NCBI GenBank assembly: GCA_947646115.1
Contig: CANSFH010000005.1
Span: 1 to 58,866 of the forward strand
DNA from: an uncultured Mycoplasma sp.
GTDB taxonomy: Bacteria > Bacillota_I > Bacilli_A > RF39 > UBA660
Length of the DNA: 58,866 nucleotides
Direction of reading: 5' to 3'
Each line of letters starts with the position of its first letter. Position 1 is the stretch's first letter. The notes below the pieces were generated by a model. That model had not been told where the DNA came from, searched no databases, and was given only the letters and a program-made list of their open reading frames with translations. Below are positions 40,459-51,252 of the stretch, in pieces. The position numbers and the translations under genes are program-made.

Positions 40459-41457
40459 CTATTTAAAAATATTAAAAAGTTTAGTCTTATTGCCTCCACT
40501 GCCATTAAGTCTAGAAAATCCTAAAGCTACTAAAAAATCATCTAAAATAGGTTCATGCTCTTTTTTATCATCTAAATAAGGAATGTTAAAAAATACTTTA
40601 CTATTAGCTTCATACTCAAAATCAGATATATCTCTATCAGATAAAATACTTTTATTTAACACAATTTTTTTATCTTTAAGTTTCATAAATGCTTCTCTAT
40701 CTCTTCTAATTAATTTGTTAAGTTTTAAAAGACCTGGCTCTATTAAATATATAACTTCATTACATAAATTTACCTGATTTGAACCATTAAGATCTATCAA
40801 AATAACTTCAGCATCTGGATTATTAGCTATATTATAAGATAAATCTAAAGTAGTAGTAGATTTTAAAGATTTATCATTTAAATATTTAAAATCCTCACTA
40901 TCTACTTCAATTCCTACAACATTATAAGCTACTTCTAAATGTTTTTTTAACATATAAATTAAAGTTGTTGACCCTGCATGTGAAGTAACATTTTGAAAAC
41001 CAATTATTTTAAGTCCTCCACTTCCAGTTCCAGAGAAAGTATCAAAATCAACATTTGTAGTAGTATCATCATCTCCGTTTAAATTATGATATTGAGCAAC
41101 ATCCTTATATGAGTTTGGATTATCAATTAAAAACTTAACTGCATTTATATTTCTAGTAAAATTATAAACTCCCATAGATACAAGTTGAGACAAATAACCA
41201 CTACTATTAACCATTTGAGAATCATCCAATAATAATATAATCTTATTCATATCAAAATTAACAGATAATTTTTGAATAGTCTTAATATTTTGATAATCTT
41301 TAATTGCTGTTATATCAATAATCATCTTATTAAAATAGAAATTAGTAAATATACTAACTAGTTCATCTATTTCAAATTCCCCATTTATACTTTTAATTAT
41401 ATCAATATCTAAAGTTGCTAACATATTTTGATATTTATTAGAAACTATAACATTCAT
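40459..41457 (-). CDS. CpaE/TadZ-like protein (pseudo-receiver plus degenerate MinD domain)
   Basis: N-terminal IIDI...IILL...GVYNF; IIGFQNVTSHAGSTT, ILIDL, IVLNK motifs. Confidence 0.6.
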   Translation of the reverse strand: MNVIVSNKYQNMLATLDIDIIKSINGEFEIDELVSIFTNFYFNKMIIDITAIKDYQNIKTIQKLSVNFDMNKIILLLDDSQMVNSSGYLSQLVSMGVYNFTRNINAVKFLIDNPNSYKDVAQYHNLNGDDDTTTNVDFDTFSGTGSGGLKIIGFQNVTSHAGSTTLIYMLKKHLEVAYNVVGIEVDSEDFKYLNDKSLKSTTTLDLSYNIANNPDAEVILIDLNGSNQVNLCNEVIYLIEPGLLKLNKLIRRDREAFMKLKDKKIVLNKSILSDRDISDFEYEANSKVFFNIPYLDDKKEHEPILDDFLVALGFSRLNGSGGNKTKLFNIFK

Positions 41458-41473
41458 ATTCTACCTCCATTAT

Positions 41474-42466
41474 TTAAGCTCTTCTCCATACTGCCTTTAA
41501 AGTAGTATCTTTTGTTACTACAATACTAGCATTAGAACGATAATATTTATTTCCATCTGAATCCACAAAATAGTCTAAAACATATCCTGGTTTTTTTGTA
41601 CTTTGCCAAACACCATCAAATGATTTTGTTTTTCCTTCTTCTATATTCTCACTTAAAGAACCAAATCTATTGCCCCATACACCTCCTGCAAAATCAAGAA
41701 CAAATCTATACTCGACTTTTTCTTTCTCCCATCTAGCAATCAATATAATATCACTGTTAATCGGTTTGCTAAAATCATATTCATACTTACCTAAATACCA
41801 ACCTTTAAATTCATATCCCGTTCTTGTCAAAGTACCAGGTGAACTTATAGTATCACCACGAGTAACCTGTCTTGATGCAATATTTGTACCATTATATGTT
41901 TTAAATGATACAGTATAAGTTTTAGTTGGTTGTGAAGGTCTACTTCCAACATTTGTAACTGTATTGCCTGTATTACCACATGTTCCATCTACATTGTAAC
42001 AATATTCACTATTATCTTTAGCATGGAAATTAGTTGTAGTTCCTTTAACATTAAAATTAGCTGTATTACCTATAACTGGTAAATTAAATTTATAAAATAA
42101 TCCTATTTGATAATAGTTTGTTAAATTAGTACCTTTATATTTTTTTACACAATAATAATATCTTTCACCAGGTTCTGCAAGCTCTAGAGTTGCACTAGTT
42201 AAATCAATAGCACCGTAAACCCAACTTGTATTTTCATTTGTTACACATACTCCTGTAGTACCATATCCTGCTGCCAAAAGATAATTATTAATTAAATCTA
42301 AAGATTGATCATTAAGTCCTTCATATTTTTCAATCATACTAACAACTTCATTTTTTATTTTAATTGTTTTTGAATAGTTAATCGTCAATATGATATAAGA
42401 CGTAAATAAAAGAATAAAGAGGAGCATCAATTGAAATAGCCAAGTCCCACCGATCGTGTGTCTCAT
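41474..42466 (-). CDS. Minor-pilin-like protein with InlB B-repeat domains
   Basis: Short leader plus TM; YTVSF...RTGYEFKGWY...IILIARW and a second B-repeat. Confidence 0.65.
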   Translation of the reverse strand: MRHTIGGTWLFQLMLLFILLFTSYIILTINYSKTIKIKNEVVSMIEKYEGLNDQSLDLINNYLLAAGYGTTGVCVTNENTSWVYGAIDLTSATLELAEPGERYYYCVKKYKGTNLTNYYQIGLFYKFNLPVIGNTANFNVKGTTTNFHAKDNSEYCYNVDGTCGNTGNTVTNVGSRPSQPTKTYTVSFKTYNGTNIASRQVTRGDTISSPGTLTRTGYEFKGWYLGKYEYDFSKPINSDIILIARWEKEKVEYRFVLDFAGGVWGNRFGSLSENIEEGKTKSFDGVWQSTKKPGYVLDYFVDSDGNKYYRSNASIVVTKDTTLKAVWRRA

Positions 42467-43000
42467 CTAAAATCCCTCCCCAAAATCGCACCAAGGATAT
42501 ACACTTCCACTGCCACATTCATTAGGAGCGTAAACTCTTGAAGTTTCTCCAGTAACCGTAAATTTGAAAGTATTATAAATAATTGGTAAATCAAGTTGAT
42601 AAAATACTTCAATTTGATAATATAAAGCATTAGGTAATTCTGAATTACTTTCTGCTCTAATTCCTTTCACGCAAAAAGCCGCATTCTTACCATCTGTTAA
42701 TAGTTCACCTTCTCTAGTATAACCAACCCAATCATCATTTGTATCACAGTTTCCTTTAGCTCTATAACCTGCTTCTTTAAAATAATCAGTTATTTGCTCT
42801 GCAAAGTTATAACAATTATCACCTGAACTAGGTGAATCAGAAGTACAAACTCCTCCCTGATTTCTAATAATACTTAAAATTTCATTTTTAATATTATATG
42901 CCTTAGAATAATTAATTGAAAGACTGATATATCCTGTAAATAAGAGCACAAAAAGAATAACAATATTAAATAATGATATGCCTCCTACTGCTTCTTTCAT
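42467..43000 (-). CDS. Minor-pilin-like protein
   Basis: MKEAVG leader plus TM; paralogous to the N-terminal half of 41474..42466. Confidence 0.6.
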   Translation of the reverse strand: MKEAVGGISLFNIVILFVLLFTGYISLSINYSKAYNIKNEILSIIRNQGGVCTSDSPSSGDNCYNFAEQITDYFKEAGYRAKGNCDTNDDWVGYTREGELLTDGKNAAFCVKGIRAESNSELPNALYYQIEVFYQLDLPIIYNTFKFTVTGETSRVYAPNECGSGSVYPWCDFGEGF

Positions 43001-43013
43001 TTAATCACCTCAG

Positions 43014-43256
43014 TTAACCCTTCCAAGTGCATGTAATATCATACTTTTGACCATCTTTATCTTTATAATAGCACTTTACTAATCCATCTTGCGGAGTTTC
43101 TCCTGGAGCTGGACATATTGCTACATCACATTTTACATCAGCAGTAAAACCGCCTCGCATTCTTGGCCATAAAAAAGTAAAGAAAAAAAGAGACAATCCA
43201 GCTACTACAAGCACAACTATAACAGTCATATTAAGTTCACCCATTGCCTCTTTCAT
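43014..43256 (-). CDS. Small pilin-like protein
   Basis: MKEAMGELNMTV, TM, 4-Cys tail; AGGAGG RBS. Confidence 0.6.
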   Translation of the reverse strand: MKEAMGELNMTVIVVLVVAGLSLFFFTFLWPRMRGGFTADVKCDVAICPAPGETPQDGLVKCYYKDKDGQKYDITCTWKG

Positions 43257-43269
43257 AATTACCTCCTAA

Positions 43270-43551
43270 TTAACTTGTAGCTCCGCCACTAGGTTGTTCG
43301 CCATTTTTAAATGTACATTTACCTGTCCAAACAGTTTCTCCTTGTTCATCATAAGCTTCACAAGCATCACATTTAGTTACTCCGTTACCACCATCAGTAC
43401 ATCCGCCGCATTGAGCCATTGCACAATATGTACTAGCTTGAATACTGCTCTTAATACCAGGCCAAACAAATGCATAGAAGAATGCTGCTACCGCTGCTAT
43501 TGCAACTACAGTTACAACTGTCATATTTAATTCTCCAGTCGCTTCTTTCAT
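43270..43551 (-). CDS. Small pilin-like protein (probable major subunit)
   Basis: MKEATGELNMTV, TM, 6-Cys tail; AGGAGG RBS; first gene of the operon. Confidence 0.6.
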   Translation of the reverse strand: MKEATGELNMTVVTVVAIAAVAAFFYAFVWPGIKSSIQASTYCAMAQCGGCTDGGNGVTKCDACEAYDEQGETVWTGKCTFKNGEQPSGGATS

Positions 43552-43705
43552 TTATATAATTCCCTCCTTCTACTATATATAAATTATTATAACTAATTTT
43601 TAAAAAAATATCAACACTCCCCTACACATTTTGTAAAATAAACTCGAAAACATTGTCAAACAGCTATAAAATATGATATATTTATTTAAGAATAGAGATG
43701 ATTTA

Positions 43706-44380
43706 ATGAAAACAAAAATTACAGAATTTTTTAAAGGAATAGGCACAATTGCTCTATACTTTCTATTAAGTATAGTTGGAGCTCTATTATTTGGAGATTT
43801 ATATTTTTCCAGTAATAAAATAGTTGCAAGTCTAGCCCAACTAGGTACATACACCTTAATGTTAACCGTATTAGCTTTAGTTTATAATAAAAAATTAAAA
43901 GAAAGCTTTAAAGATTTTAAAAAAGAATATATAATAATTGCCATTAGAAATTGGGTCATCGGATTAGGTGCTATGGTAATATGTAACATAATCATAAATA
44001 GAATTGTAGGAGATATTGCTGCCAATGAAGCGGCAAATCGTGAAATTTTATTAAACTATCCTATAAGTAATATTATAACTATGGTTTTAGTTGGACCACT
44101 AATTGAAGAAATAACCTTTAGAGCTTCATTTAAAAAAGCCTTTAATAATTGGTTTACTTTCTCTTTAGTAACAGGCTTAATCTTTGGTTTAGCTCATACT
44201 TTCGATGCTATAATAGGCGGCAATATTTTAGAAATATTATATATTCTTCCTTATGGAGCTTTAGGCTTCTTTCTTGCCAAAGCTTTCTATGACACTGATA
44301 ATATTTATACATCATTTATCGCTCACATGATTCATAATGGTATGTGTGTATTTCTAATTATTTTAACAGGTGTCTTATGA
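43706..44380 (+). CDS. CPBP (CAAX/Abi) intramembrane metalloprotease
   Basis: EEITFR, FGLAH, HMIHN motifs. Confidence 0.92.
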   Translation: MKTKITEFFKGIGTIALYFLLSIVGALLFGDLYFSSNKIVASLAQLGTYTLMLTVLALVYNKKLKESFKDFKKEYIIIAIRNWVIGLGAMVICNIIINRIVGDIAANEAANREILLNYPISNIITMVLVGPLIEEITFRASFKKAFNNWFTFSLVTGLIFGLAHTFDAIIGGNILEILYILPYGALGFFLAKAFYDTDNIYTSFIAHMIHNGMCVFLIILTGVL

Positions 44381-45195
44381 TTGAAGAAAAAAAATCTCAC
44401 AATCTACTAAAATTTTTATTAATTTTACTTTTATTTTTAATAATTATATTTATATATAGTTATTTTATTGAACCACATTTTTTAAAAGTTAATGAGGTTG
44501 CAATATATAATTCAAAATTAAGCAAAGATTATAATGGATTAAAAATAGCTCATTTTTCTGATCTCCATTACGGAAGAACAACTACCGAAAAAGATTTAAA
44601 GAAAATTGTTAATAGTTTAAACGAATTAAACCCTGATATTGTAATATTTACAGGAGATTTATTTGATAATAAAAATATAAGTGATAAAGATAAAAAGATA
44701 GTTACTAAATATTTAAAAAATATAAATTCAAAACTATTTAAATTTGCAGTTATTGGCGATTATGATACTAAATATTTAGACACTTACAAAACTATCCTTG
44801 ATGATAGCAATTTTACCCTTTTAAATAATACTAACAAACTTGTATATTATGATACTAAAATTCCTATTAATTTTATCGGGATTACCAATTCTGATAATAT
44901 TCAAGAACTATATGATAATAAATATTTTAACATAACATTAACACATAAGCCTGATATAGTAAAAAAGATAAAAAATAGTAGTTTAGCTTTTGCTGGTCAT
45001 TCTCTAGGAGGACAAATAAAACTTCCCTTTATTGGCGGGATAAGAAAAAAAGATGGCACTAATAACTATTTAGAAGGCAAATATAAAGTTAATAATACAG
45101 AACTATATGTTTCAAATGGTATAGGTACTCAAGACTTAAGTTTTAGATTTCTAAATAGTCCTTCTATTACGCTTTATAGAATATATAATAGTTAG
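44377..45195 (+). CDS. Metallophosphoesterase (YkuE-like)
   Basis: SDLH, TGD, GDYD, GHSLGGQ, SNGIG motifs; ATGA overlap with the upstream gene. Confidence 0.88.
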   Translation: MIEEKKSHNLLKFLLILLLFLIIIFIYSYFIEPHFLKVNEVAIYNSKLSKDYNGLKIAHFSDLHYGRTTTEKDLKKIVNSLNELNPDIVIFTGDLFDNKNISDKDKKIVTKYLKNINSKLFKFAVIGDYDTKYLDTYKTILDDSNFTLLNNTNKLVYYDTKIPINFIGITNSDNIQELYDNKYFNITLTHKPDIVKKIKNSSLAFAGHSLGGQIKLPFIGGIRKKDGTNNYLEGKYKVNNTELYVSNGIGTQDLSFRFLNSPSITLYRIYNS

Positions 45196-45412
45196 CAAAT
45201 ACAAATTAAGTATTTGTTTTTTTATATTGAGTAACTTCAATTTTTCATTAATTTATAATATGTTAAAAGTATTAAGATTTTATCATTTTTGAAAGATTTA
45301 CCCTTAAAATTAACTTGCTTTTTTCTATCAACATTGATGTAAATGGAAATACTTGCAAAATATAACTAAATATGTTAAAATCTAAAAGAAAAAAATGATT
45401 AAGGTGGAAATA

Positions 45413-46810
45413 ATGAAAAAAAATTATGATTTATTAAAATATATTTTAGTCATGATTATATCTTTATTCGTTGTGACTAATAATGTAAATGCTGAAGAAG
45501 CTATAGCCAAAATTGGTGATACAAAATACACAACTTTACAAGAAGCTATTGATGCTGCTGAAAATAATGAAACACCAACTTTGATAGAAATAATAAGGGA
45601 TGGCAACGCTGATGGTAGTATTAGTCTAAAAAGTAAAAATCCCAAAAATATTATTATTGATTTTAATGGTAAAGACATCACATTTTCTGGTAGTCTAGTT
45701 GGAAGTACTGGTCATGTAAGCCAAAACATTAATATCGAAGCAGGCTCTAAAGTAGTGCTTAAAAATGGTACTTTAAGAGCTTCTGATAATTCTAAAATGA
45801 TGATTCAAAATTATGCTGATTTAACAATAACTGATATGATAATTGATGCAAGACAAGGAGCTAGTAACCTTATAAATGGAGCAACTAGTTATTATGCTAT
45901 TTCTAATAATAATGGTCATTTATTACTAAATGGCAATACTACTGTTTACACCAGTGAACATGTTGCCAAGCCATTTGCTTTTGATGTTTACTACAAATTA
46001 GACTATCCAAATGGTGTTGATGTTATAGTAGACACTACTGGTACAATTTATGGTGATATAGAAATATCTATTCAAAAAAATGTTGATATGGATAAATCAA
46101 AATCAACATTAACTATTAAAAATGGTACTATTAGTGGCAACATAAATGTTAAATCTGGACTTGAAAAAAATATTACTATTTCAGGTGGTGAATATACTGA
46201 TTCTGAAACAATTGAAAGATTAATACCAAAAGAAGAACTAGAAAATTTACATAAACTAGAAGTAGCACCAAATACTTATGCTTATGTTTCAGAAACAAAA
46301 GATAATATTAAATATAGTATATCTAATAATATTATTACTGATGATACCACAAAAGACATTGTGTTTATGAAAGAATTTGCTAGTAACCAAAATTATCTGA
46401 TTGGCTCTTTTTACAAAGCTAATTTAGTAAAATCAATTATATATAATGGCAAATCATATGAAATAGACCAAATAGCAGAATCTAATCAAGAATATGAAAT
46501 AAATATATCTATCCCACCAGAAATGATAGAAGTACCCAAAGATACATATAGAGATTATTATATATTACAAAACTATGATGATGAAATTAGTGTCATAAAA
46601 GTCTACGATAATGGTGATGGAACAATTACTTTTAAATCAGATAAGTTTTCTACATATGCTTTAGCTTATATAGATACAGAAGTACCTCAAACTTATGATA
46701 GTTTAAATTTATCTATATTTACAAGCACTATTGCTATTGTAAGTTTAATAATCATTAGCTATACATTAAAAAAATTAAAAGATTTATTTAAAAAGTTAAT
46801 TCTTAAATAA
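45413..46810 (+). CDS. Cell-surface protein with beta-helix-like region and C-terminal anchor
   Basis: Signal peptide (VNA|EE), AKIGDTKYTTLQEAI, FKSDKFSTYA, VPQT plus TM and basic tail. Confidence 0.7.
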   Translation: MKKNYDLLKYILVMIISLFVVTNNVNAEEAIAKIGDTKYTTLQEAIDAAENNETPTLIEIIRDGNADGSISLKSKNPKNIIIDFNGKDITFSGSLVGSTGHVSQNINIEAGSKVVLKNGTLRASDNSKMMIQNYADLTITDMIIDARQGASNLINGATSYYAISNNNGHLLLNGNTTVYTSEHVAKPFAFDVYYKLDYPNGVDVIVDTTGTIYGDIEISIQKNVDMDKSKSTLTIKNGTISGNINVKSGLEKNITISGGEYTDSETIERLIPKEELENLHKLEVAPNTYAYVSETKDNIKYSISNNIITDDTTKDIVFMKEFASNQNYLIGSFYKANLVKSIIYNGKSYEIDQIAESNQEYEINISIPPEMIEVPKDTYRDYYILQNYDDEISVIKVYDNGDGTITFKSDKFSTYALAYIDTEVPQTYDSLNLSIFTSTIAIVSLIIISYTLKKLKDLFKKLILK

Positions 46811-46836
46811 ATCTTTTTTCTTTTAAAAAGTATAAA

Positions 46837-48255
46837 TTAATTTAATACTTCTTTTAATTTACTCTTAACACTATTTACACTTTCCATATCTGGCATCATT
46901 ACATATAATTTATTACCTTTATAAGAATAAGTATATTGATAACTATCTTGACCTTCTAAACTAATATTATCAATATCCCAGCTACTCATATCTTCCGCTT
47001 GCTTCTTTATAAATTTAGTTAAATTATCATCTTTCAAATTAGTAATAAACGCTCCATCTAATGATTTTAATAATTTATTATAATTCGTAATTATAATCGG
47101 ACTCATAACTTTATCAGCTATTGCTTTTACCATCGCTGCCTGATTCTGAATCCTTACCCTATCTCCATTCCAAAAAGCTTTTCTTTCCCGCACAAATGAA
47201 AGTGCTTTTTCCCCATCTAATTCGTTATAACCTTTATTATAATGATAATTATCAATTGATGTAAAGTCATACTCTGAATAAACATTTACCCCATTTAAAG
47301 CATTAACAATATTTATCATTGAAGTAAAATTAACTTTAACATAATAATTAATTTTAATATCTAAAAAATTCTCTAATGTTTTAACACTTTCTTCTACTCC
47401 ATATATTCCTGAATGTGTAAACTTATCATATTCTCCTTTTGTAGCCAATTTCAAATAATAATCTCTTGGAATTGAAACAATTAATACTTTATGATTTTGA
47501 GGATTAACTGATAAAATCATATTAACATCACTACGAGCTACACTACTAATAGCACCATAAGTATCTATACCAGATATATAGACATTAAAGCTATCCTTTG
47601 TAATATCTACATCTTTTGTAATATCAGATGTTTCTATTTCTATCGAAAATTCATATATAACTCTATAATTATTAAGAAATGCTGCATCATCCTCAATTAA
47701 TATAGCTAAAACTGAATTCTCTATTAAAATACTATCTACTTGCTGATTTAAAAAGTTAGTTTTTAATTCACTTCCATCACTATAAGTTTCAAATTTAACC
47801 TGAATCTTCTTTTCTATTTTTTCTCGTGCTTTCTTTATCCCATCATTATTAAATTCTAAACTTCCCATAATTTTTTTATCAAGATCTACAATATCTTCTA
47901 CTTTACTATCATTTAAAACTAGTACACTATAGTTCTCTGTTTTATAATTACTAAAACCAAATTTTTTTAAAAATCCAATTGTATTTAATAAATAAATAAT
48001 TACCACTACTAAAATAATTACATATATAATAGTTGATAATATCCCTATTATTCTTTTTTTTCCACCACCATTAGACAATATCAAATAAGAATTAATTACG
48101 CCTATTAATACTACTAACCCTAAAAGAACATAAAAATATTCTGTAGGTAAAATATTTATAAATTTAACTAATCCTAAAGTTATTATTGTAACAATTATCA
48201 TTACTACTGTTAAATACTTAAAAAAAGATATCACTTTCTTCTTTTTCTTTGCCAT
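46837..48255 (-). CDS. LCP family protein (CpsA/Cps2A-like)
   Basis: 3 TMs; YISGID, RSD, SIPRD, FVRER motifs. Confidence 0.92.
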   Translation of the reverse strand: MAKKKKKVISFFKYLTVVMIIVTIITLGLVKFINILPTEYFYVLLGLVVLIGVINSYLILSNGGGKKRIIGILSTIIYVIILVVVIIYLLNTIGFLKKFGFSNYKTENYSVLVLNDSKVEDIVDLDKKIMGSLEFNNDGIKKAREKIEKKIQVKFETYSDGSELKTNFLNQQVDSILIENSVLAILIEDDAAFLNNYRVIYEFSIEIETSDITKDVDITKDSFNVYISGIDTYGAISSVARSDVNMILSVNPQNHKVLIVSIPRDYYLKLATKGEYDKFTHSGIYGVEESVKTLENFLDIKINYYVKVNFTSMINIVNALNGVNVYSEYDFTSIDNYHYNKGYNELDGEKALSFVRERKAFWNGDRVRIQNQAAMVKAIADKVMSPIIITNYNKLLKSLDGAFITNLKDDNLTKFIKKQAEDMSSWDIDNISLEGQDSYQYTYSYKGNKLYVMMPDMESVNSVKSKLKEVLN

Positions 48256-48295
48256 TCTACCACCTACTTTAATTATACCATTAAATAAAGAAAAC

Positions 48296-48895
48296 TTAAA
48301 TAAGATTTAAAATATTAGTTATAATCCAAATAAAAGTAAGCAAATAACTAGTTGAATAAAAGTAAGCTCCTATAACATCACTAAAATAATGCACTCCTAA
48401 AAAAATTCTACTAAATCCTATTAAAAGAACTACGCTAAATAATAATATACTTAAAACAACTTTTAAAATTAAAGATAATCCACTAATTAAAACTAGAAAT
48501 ATTATAAATCCATAAAATACATTAGATGTAAAAGTATGACCTGAAGGGTAGCTATATCCTTTTTCTTTAACTAATTGGTTAATATTAGGCCTTTTTCTTT
48601 TCATAATATTTTTAAATATAATTACTAATAAAGCATTAATAATAAGTAAAATTACAATCAATAAAGCTATTTTTTTATTTTTTAAAAAAACAATTAACAA
48701 AGCTGCCATTACTACAAAATATTTTGTACTTCCCAAAAAGGTTATGGTTTTAAAAATCATAATATAAGGTTCTTTAATTTTTAAAGAATTATAAACTTTA
48801 TCATCAATTCTTTTTAAATAACCTTTATAAACTAAAAAAGTCCAACTAAAAAACAAAACTAATAACCCTAAAACTATTTTTATCATAATCATCAC
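48296..48895 (-). CDS. PAP2 family phosphatase
   Basis: KxxxxRxRP, SYPSGH, SRIFLGVHYFSDV motifs. Confidence 0.92.
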   Translation of the reverse strand: MMIMIKIVLGLLVLFFSWTFLVYKGYLKRIDDKVYNSLKIKEPYIMIFKTITFLGSTKYFVVMAALLIVFLKNKKIALLIVILLIINALLVIIFKNIMKRKRPNINQLVKEKGYSYPSGHTFTSNVFYGFIIFLVLISGLSLILKVVLSILLFSVVLLIGFSRIFLGVHYFSDVIGAYFYSTSYLLTFIWIITNILNLI

Positions 48896-48968
48896 TATAT
48901 AAATTATAACTTAAATAATTTTAAAAAGCGACTTTTAATAAAAAAAAATGTAAACCTTTAATTTACAT

Positions 48969-50651
48969 TTATTTGCATTTATGAATATTATATTTAATTG
49001 ATAAGATAGATAAAATCCAAAATAAGATGATTGAACTAACTAAAATTAACAATACATTATTAAAATGACCTACTGAATAAGTATAATAACATTCCGCTTC
49101 ATCTATAAACATTTTAACTGTAGTATTAGTATCAATTACTCCTCCCAGCATTGTTCCTTTAAGAACCTCTATTAAATTTGAAGTTGTTCCCATTGCTTCG
49201 ACTGCATATCTCCCTATCATAAAATAAGAAATTTTCTCACTGATTCCTTCCAAAGCCACTATTATTCCAGAAAATAATAATTGAAACATCATATAAATAG
49301 GTGTAATAATAAGTGTAATCTCGGTAGTATTAACAATTGAAGAAATAAACATTCCTAGCATACTAGAAGAAAAAGATACTACAAAAAAGCTCAATATATA
49401 TTCTAAAAATGCTGAATTTAATATTATACCTTTAGTTGGCAAATCAACTTTAAGACTTATAATTCCTATAAATAAAATAGCCTGTATTAATGATATAAAA
49501 GCAAAGACCAAAAGTTTAGAAAAAATATACGATGATATTCTCATATTATTAAAATATTCTAACTTAATAATATCTTTTTCTTTAACAATTTCCTGAACCG
49601 AATTAAACAGTCCTAACCACATTGCCGCACATGAAAACGCAAATAACAAAATTTTAGCTTTATCATATATTTGCATCCAATCTTTTCCCACTGCTGTATT
49701 TACAGCTATTCCCATTATAATAGCTTGTGAAAACAATAAAAACGAAAACAATTTATTATTAAATATTACCTCTATATATCTCCTAGTTAAAAAATATATT
49801 TCTTTTAAGATATTAATCTTATTTCTTAAATTATTTTTTCCATGCTTACTTTTTTTTATGTCCTGTAACTTTTGTTTATTATAAATATCTTGATATTTAA
49901 TAATTTCTTTTTTATCTTTTAATTTTTCATAAATATCAACAAATTCTTTAACACCAAAATATTTTAAACTTTCTTCATAATTACCAACAAATACTACTTT
50001 TCCGCCTTCACTCATAAATATAATCTTATCGCATAAATAAAGGTTTGAAACTGTATGAGCCGTTATAACAACTGTTTTTCCTGCATCACTAATATCTTTT
50101 AATTTCTTCATTAATTTTTTTTCAATATTAGAATCAAGTCCACTTGTAGGTTCATCTAAAAACATTAAATCTGGTTTTGTTAAAAGCTCTAAAGCTATGG
50201 AAGCTCTTTTTCTTTCTCCACCACTTAAATTTTTAATAAGTGTATTTTCTTTACCTTGTAATTCCAATTCTTCAATAACTTGTTCTACTTTTTTTATTCT
50301 ATCTTGAATTTTTAATTTAGGCATTCGTAAAGACGCACTATAATAAAGAGACTTTTTTAAAGTTAAATAATTATGTAAAATTTCCTTTTGAGGAACATAA
50401 CTAATTTTACTACGATAATAGTCCCAGTTATCCATAATATCTTCATCATTAATAAAAATATGACCATCATTAAATTTATTATAACCACTTAATACATTTA
50501 ATAAAGTTGTTTTACCAGCACCAGAAACTCCCACAATAGCAACAAATTCTGAAGCTCCAATATCAAAAGAAACATTATCTAATAAAACTTTATTTTTACC
50601 TTTTACTTTAACTCTTTTATTAATATTTCTAATCTGTAAAGAATAACCCAT
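48969..50651 (-). CDS. Fused ABC transporter (NBD plus ABC-2 permease, ABCG-like)
   Basis: GVSGAGKTT, LSGGERKR, FLDEPTSGLD motifs; C-terminal TMs. Confidence 0.9.
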   Translation of the reverse strand: MGYSLQIRNINKRVKVKGKNKVLLDNVSFDIGASEFVAIVGVSGAGKTTLLNVLSGYNKFNDGHIFINDEDIMDNWDYYRSKISYVPQKEILHNYLTLKKSLYYSASLRMPKLKIQDRIKKVEQVIEELELQGKENTLIKNLSGGERKRASIALELLTKPDLMFLDEPTSGLDSNIEKKLMKKLKDISDAGKTVVITAHTVSNLYLCDKIIFMSEGGKVVFVGNYEESLKYFGVKEFVDIYEKLKDKKEIIKYQDIYNKQKLQDIKKSKHGKNNLRNKINILKEIYFLTRRYIEVIFNNKLFSFLLFSQAIIMGIAVNTAVGKDWMQIYDKAKILLFAFSCAAMWLGLFNSVQEIVKEKDIIKLEYFNNMRISSYIFSKLLVFAFISLIQAILFIGIISLKVDLPTKGIILNSAFLEYILSFFVVSFSSSMLGMFISSIVNTTEITLIITPIYMMFQLLFSGIIVALEGISEKISYFMIGRYAVEAMGTTSNLIEVLKGTMLGGVIDTNTTVKMFIDEAECYYTYSVGHFNNVLLILVSSIILFWILSILSIKYNIHKCK

Positions 50652-50665
50652 ACTACACCTCAAAA

Positions 50666-51238
50666 TTATTTATTATCTTTTAACATTAAATACTTATATA
50701 TTTCTCCCCAATTATTAACACTAACAATATTTTTACCACTAATTTTTTCAGCTGCAGTATTTTTTAAATAAAAAGCGATAAAGCCTTCACTTGCAGCATT
50801 CATACAAATTACTTCTGAATCATCAACTACAAAGCTAACATTCTCTTTTTTAAATCTATCAATCTTATAAAATTCATTATTATAAATTTCATATCTTTTT
50901 AATCCCAATTTATTTAAATTTTTTCTAGAATTTTCTATTTCTTCATCAGTTCTTGCTGTCACAAAAATAAGATCATAAAATTCTTCTAACTTTTTTAAAA
51001 CAATATCTACTCCAGCCATCAAATTTGATTTTATCATAGCATCAATACCATACTTTTTATAAAAATCAGCAAAATCTTCTTCAGTCCAATTATATCTGTC
51101 TTGATACATTCTTAAAGAATTATCAATAACATTATCTCCTTTTTTAACATCAACATCATAAATTTCAGAATAAACTCTATAAAGATTTTCTGAATCAAAT
51201 ATAACGCCATCCATATCAATTGCAATTTTCTTTTTCAT
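50666..51238 (-). CDS. HAD-superfamily hydrolase (5'-nucleotidase-like)
   Basis: IAIDMDGV, VTAR, VDDS motifs. Confidence 0.85.
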   Translation of the reverse strand: MKKKIAIDMDGVIFDSENLYRVYSEIYDVDVKKGDNVIDNSLRMYQDRYNWTEEDFADFYKKYGIDAMIKSNLMAGVDIVLKKLEEFYDLIFVTARTDEEIENSRKNLNKLGLKRYEIYNNEFYKIDRFKKENVSFVVDDSEVICMNAASEGFIAFYLKNTAAEKISGKNIVSVNNWGEIYKYLMLKDNK

Positions 51239-51252
51239 TTTTCCGCTCTTTT

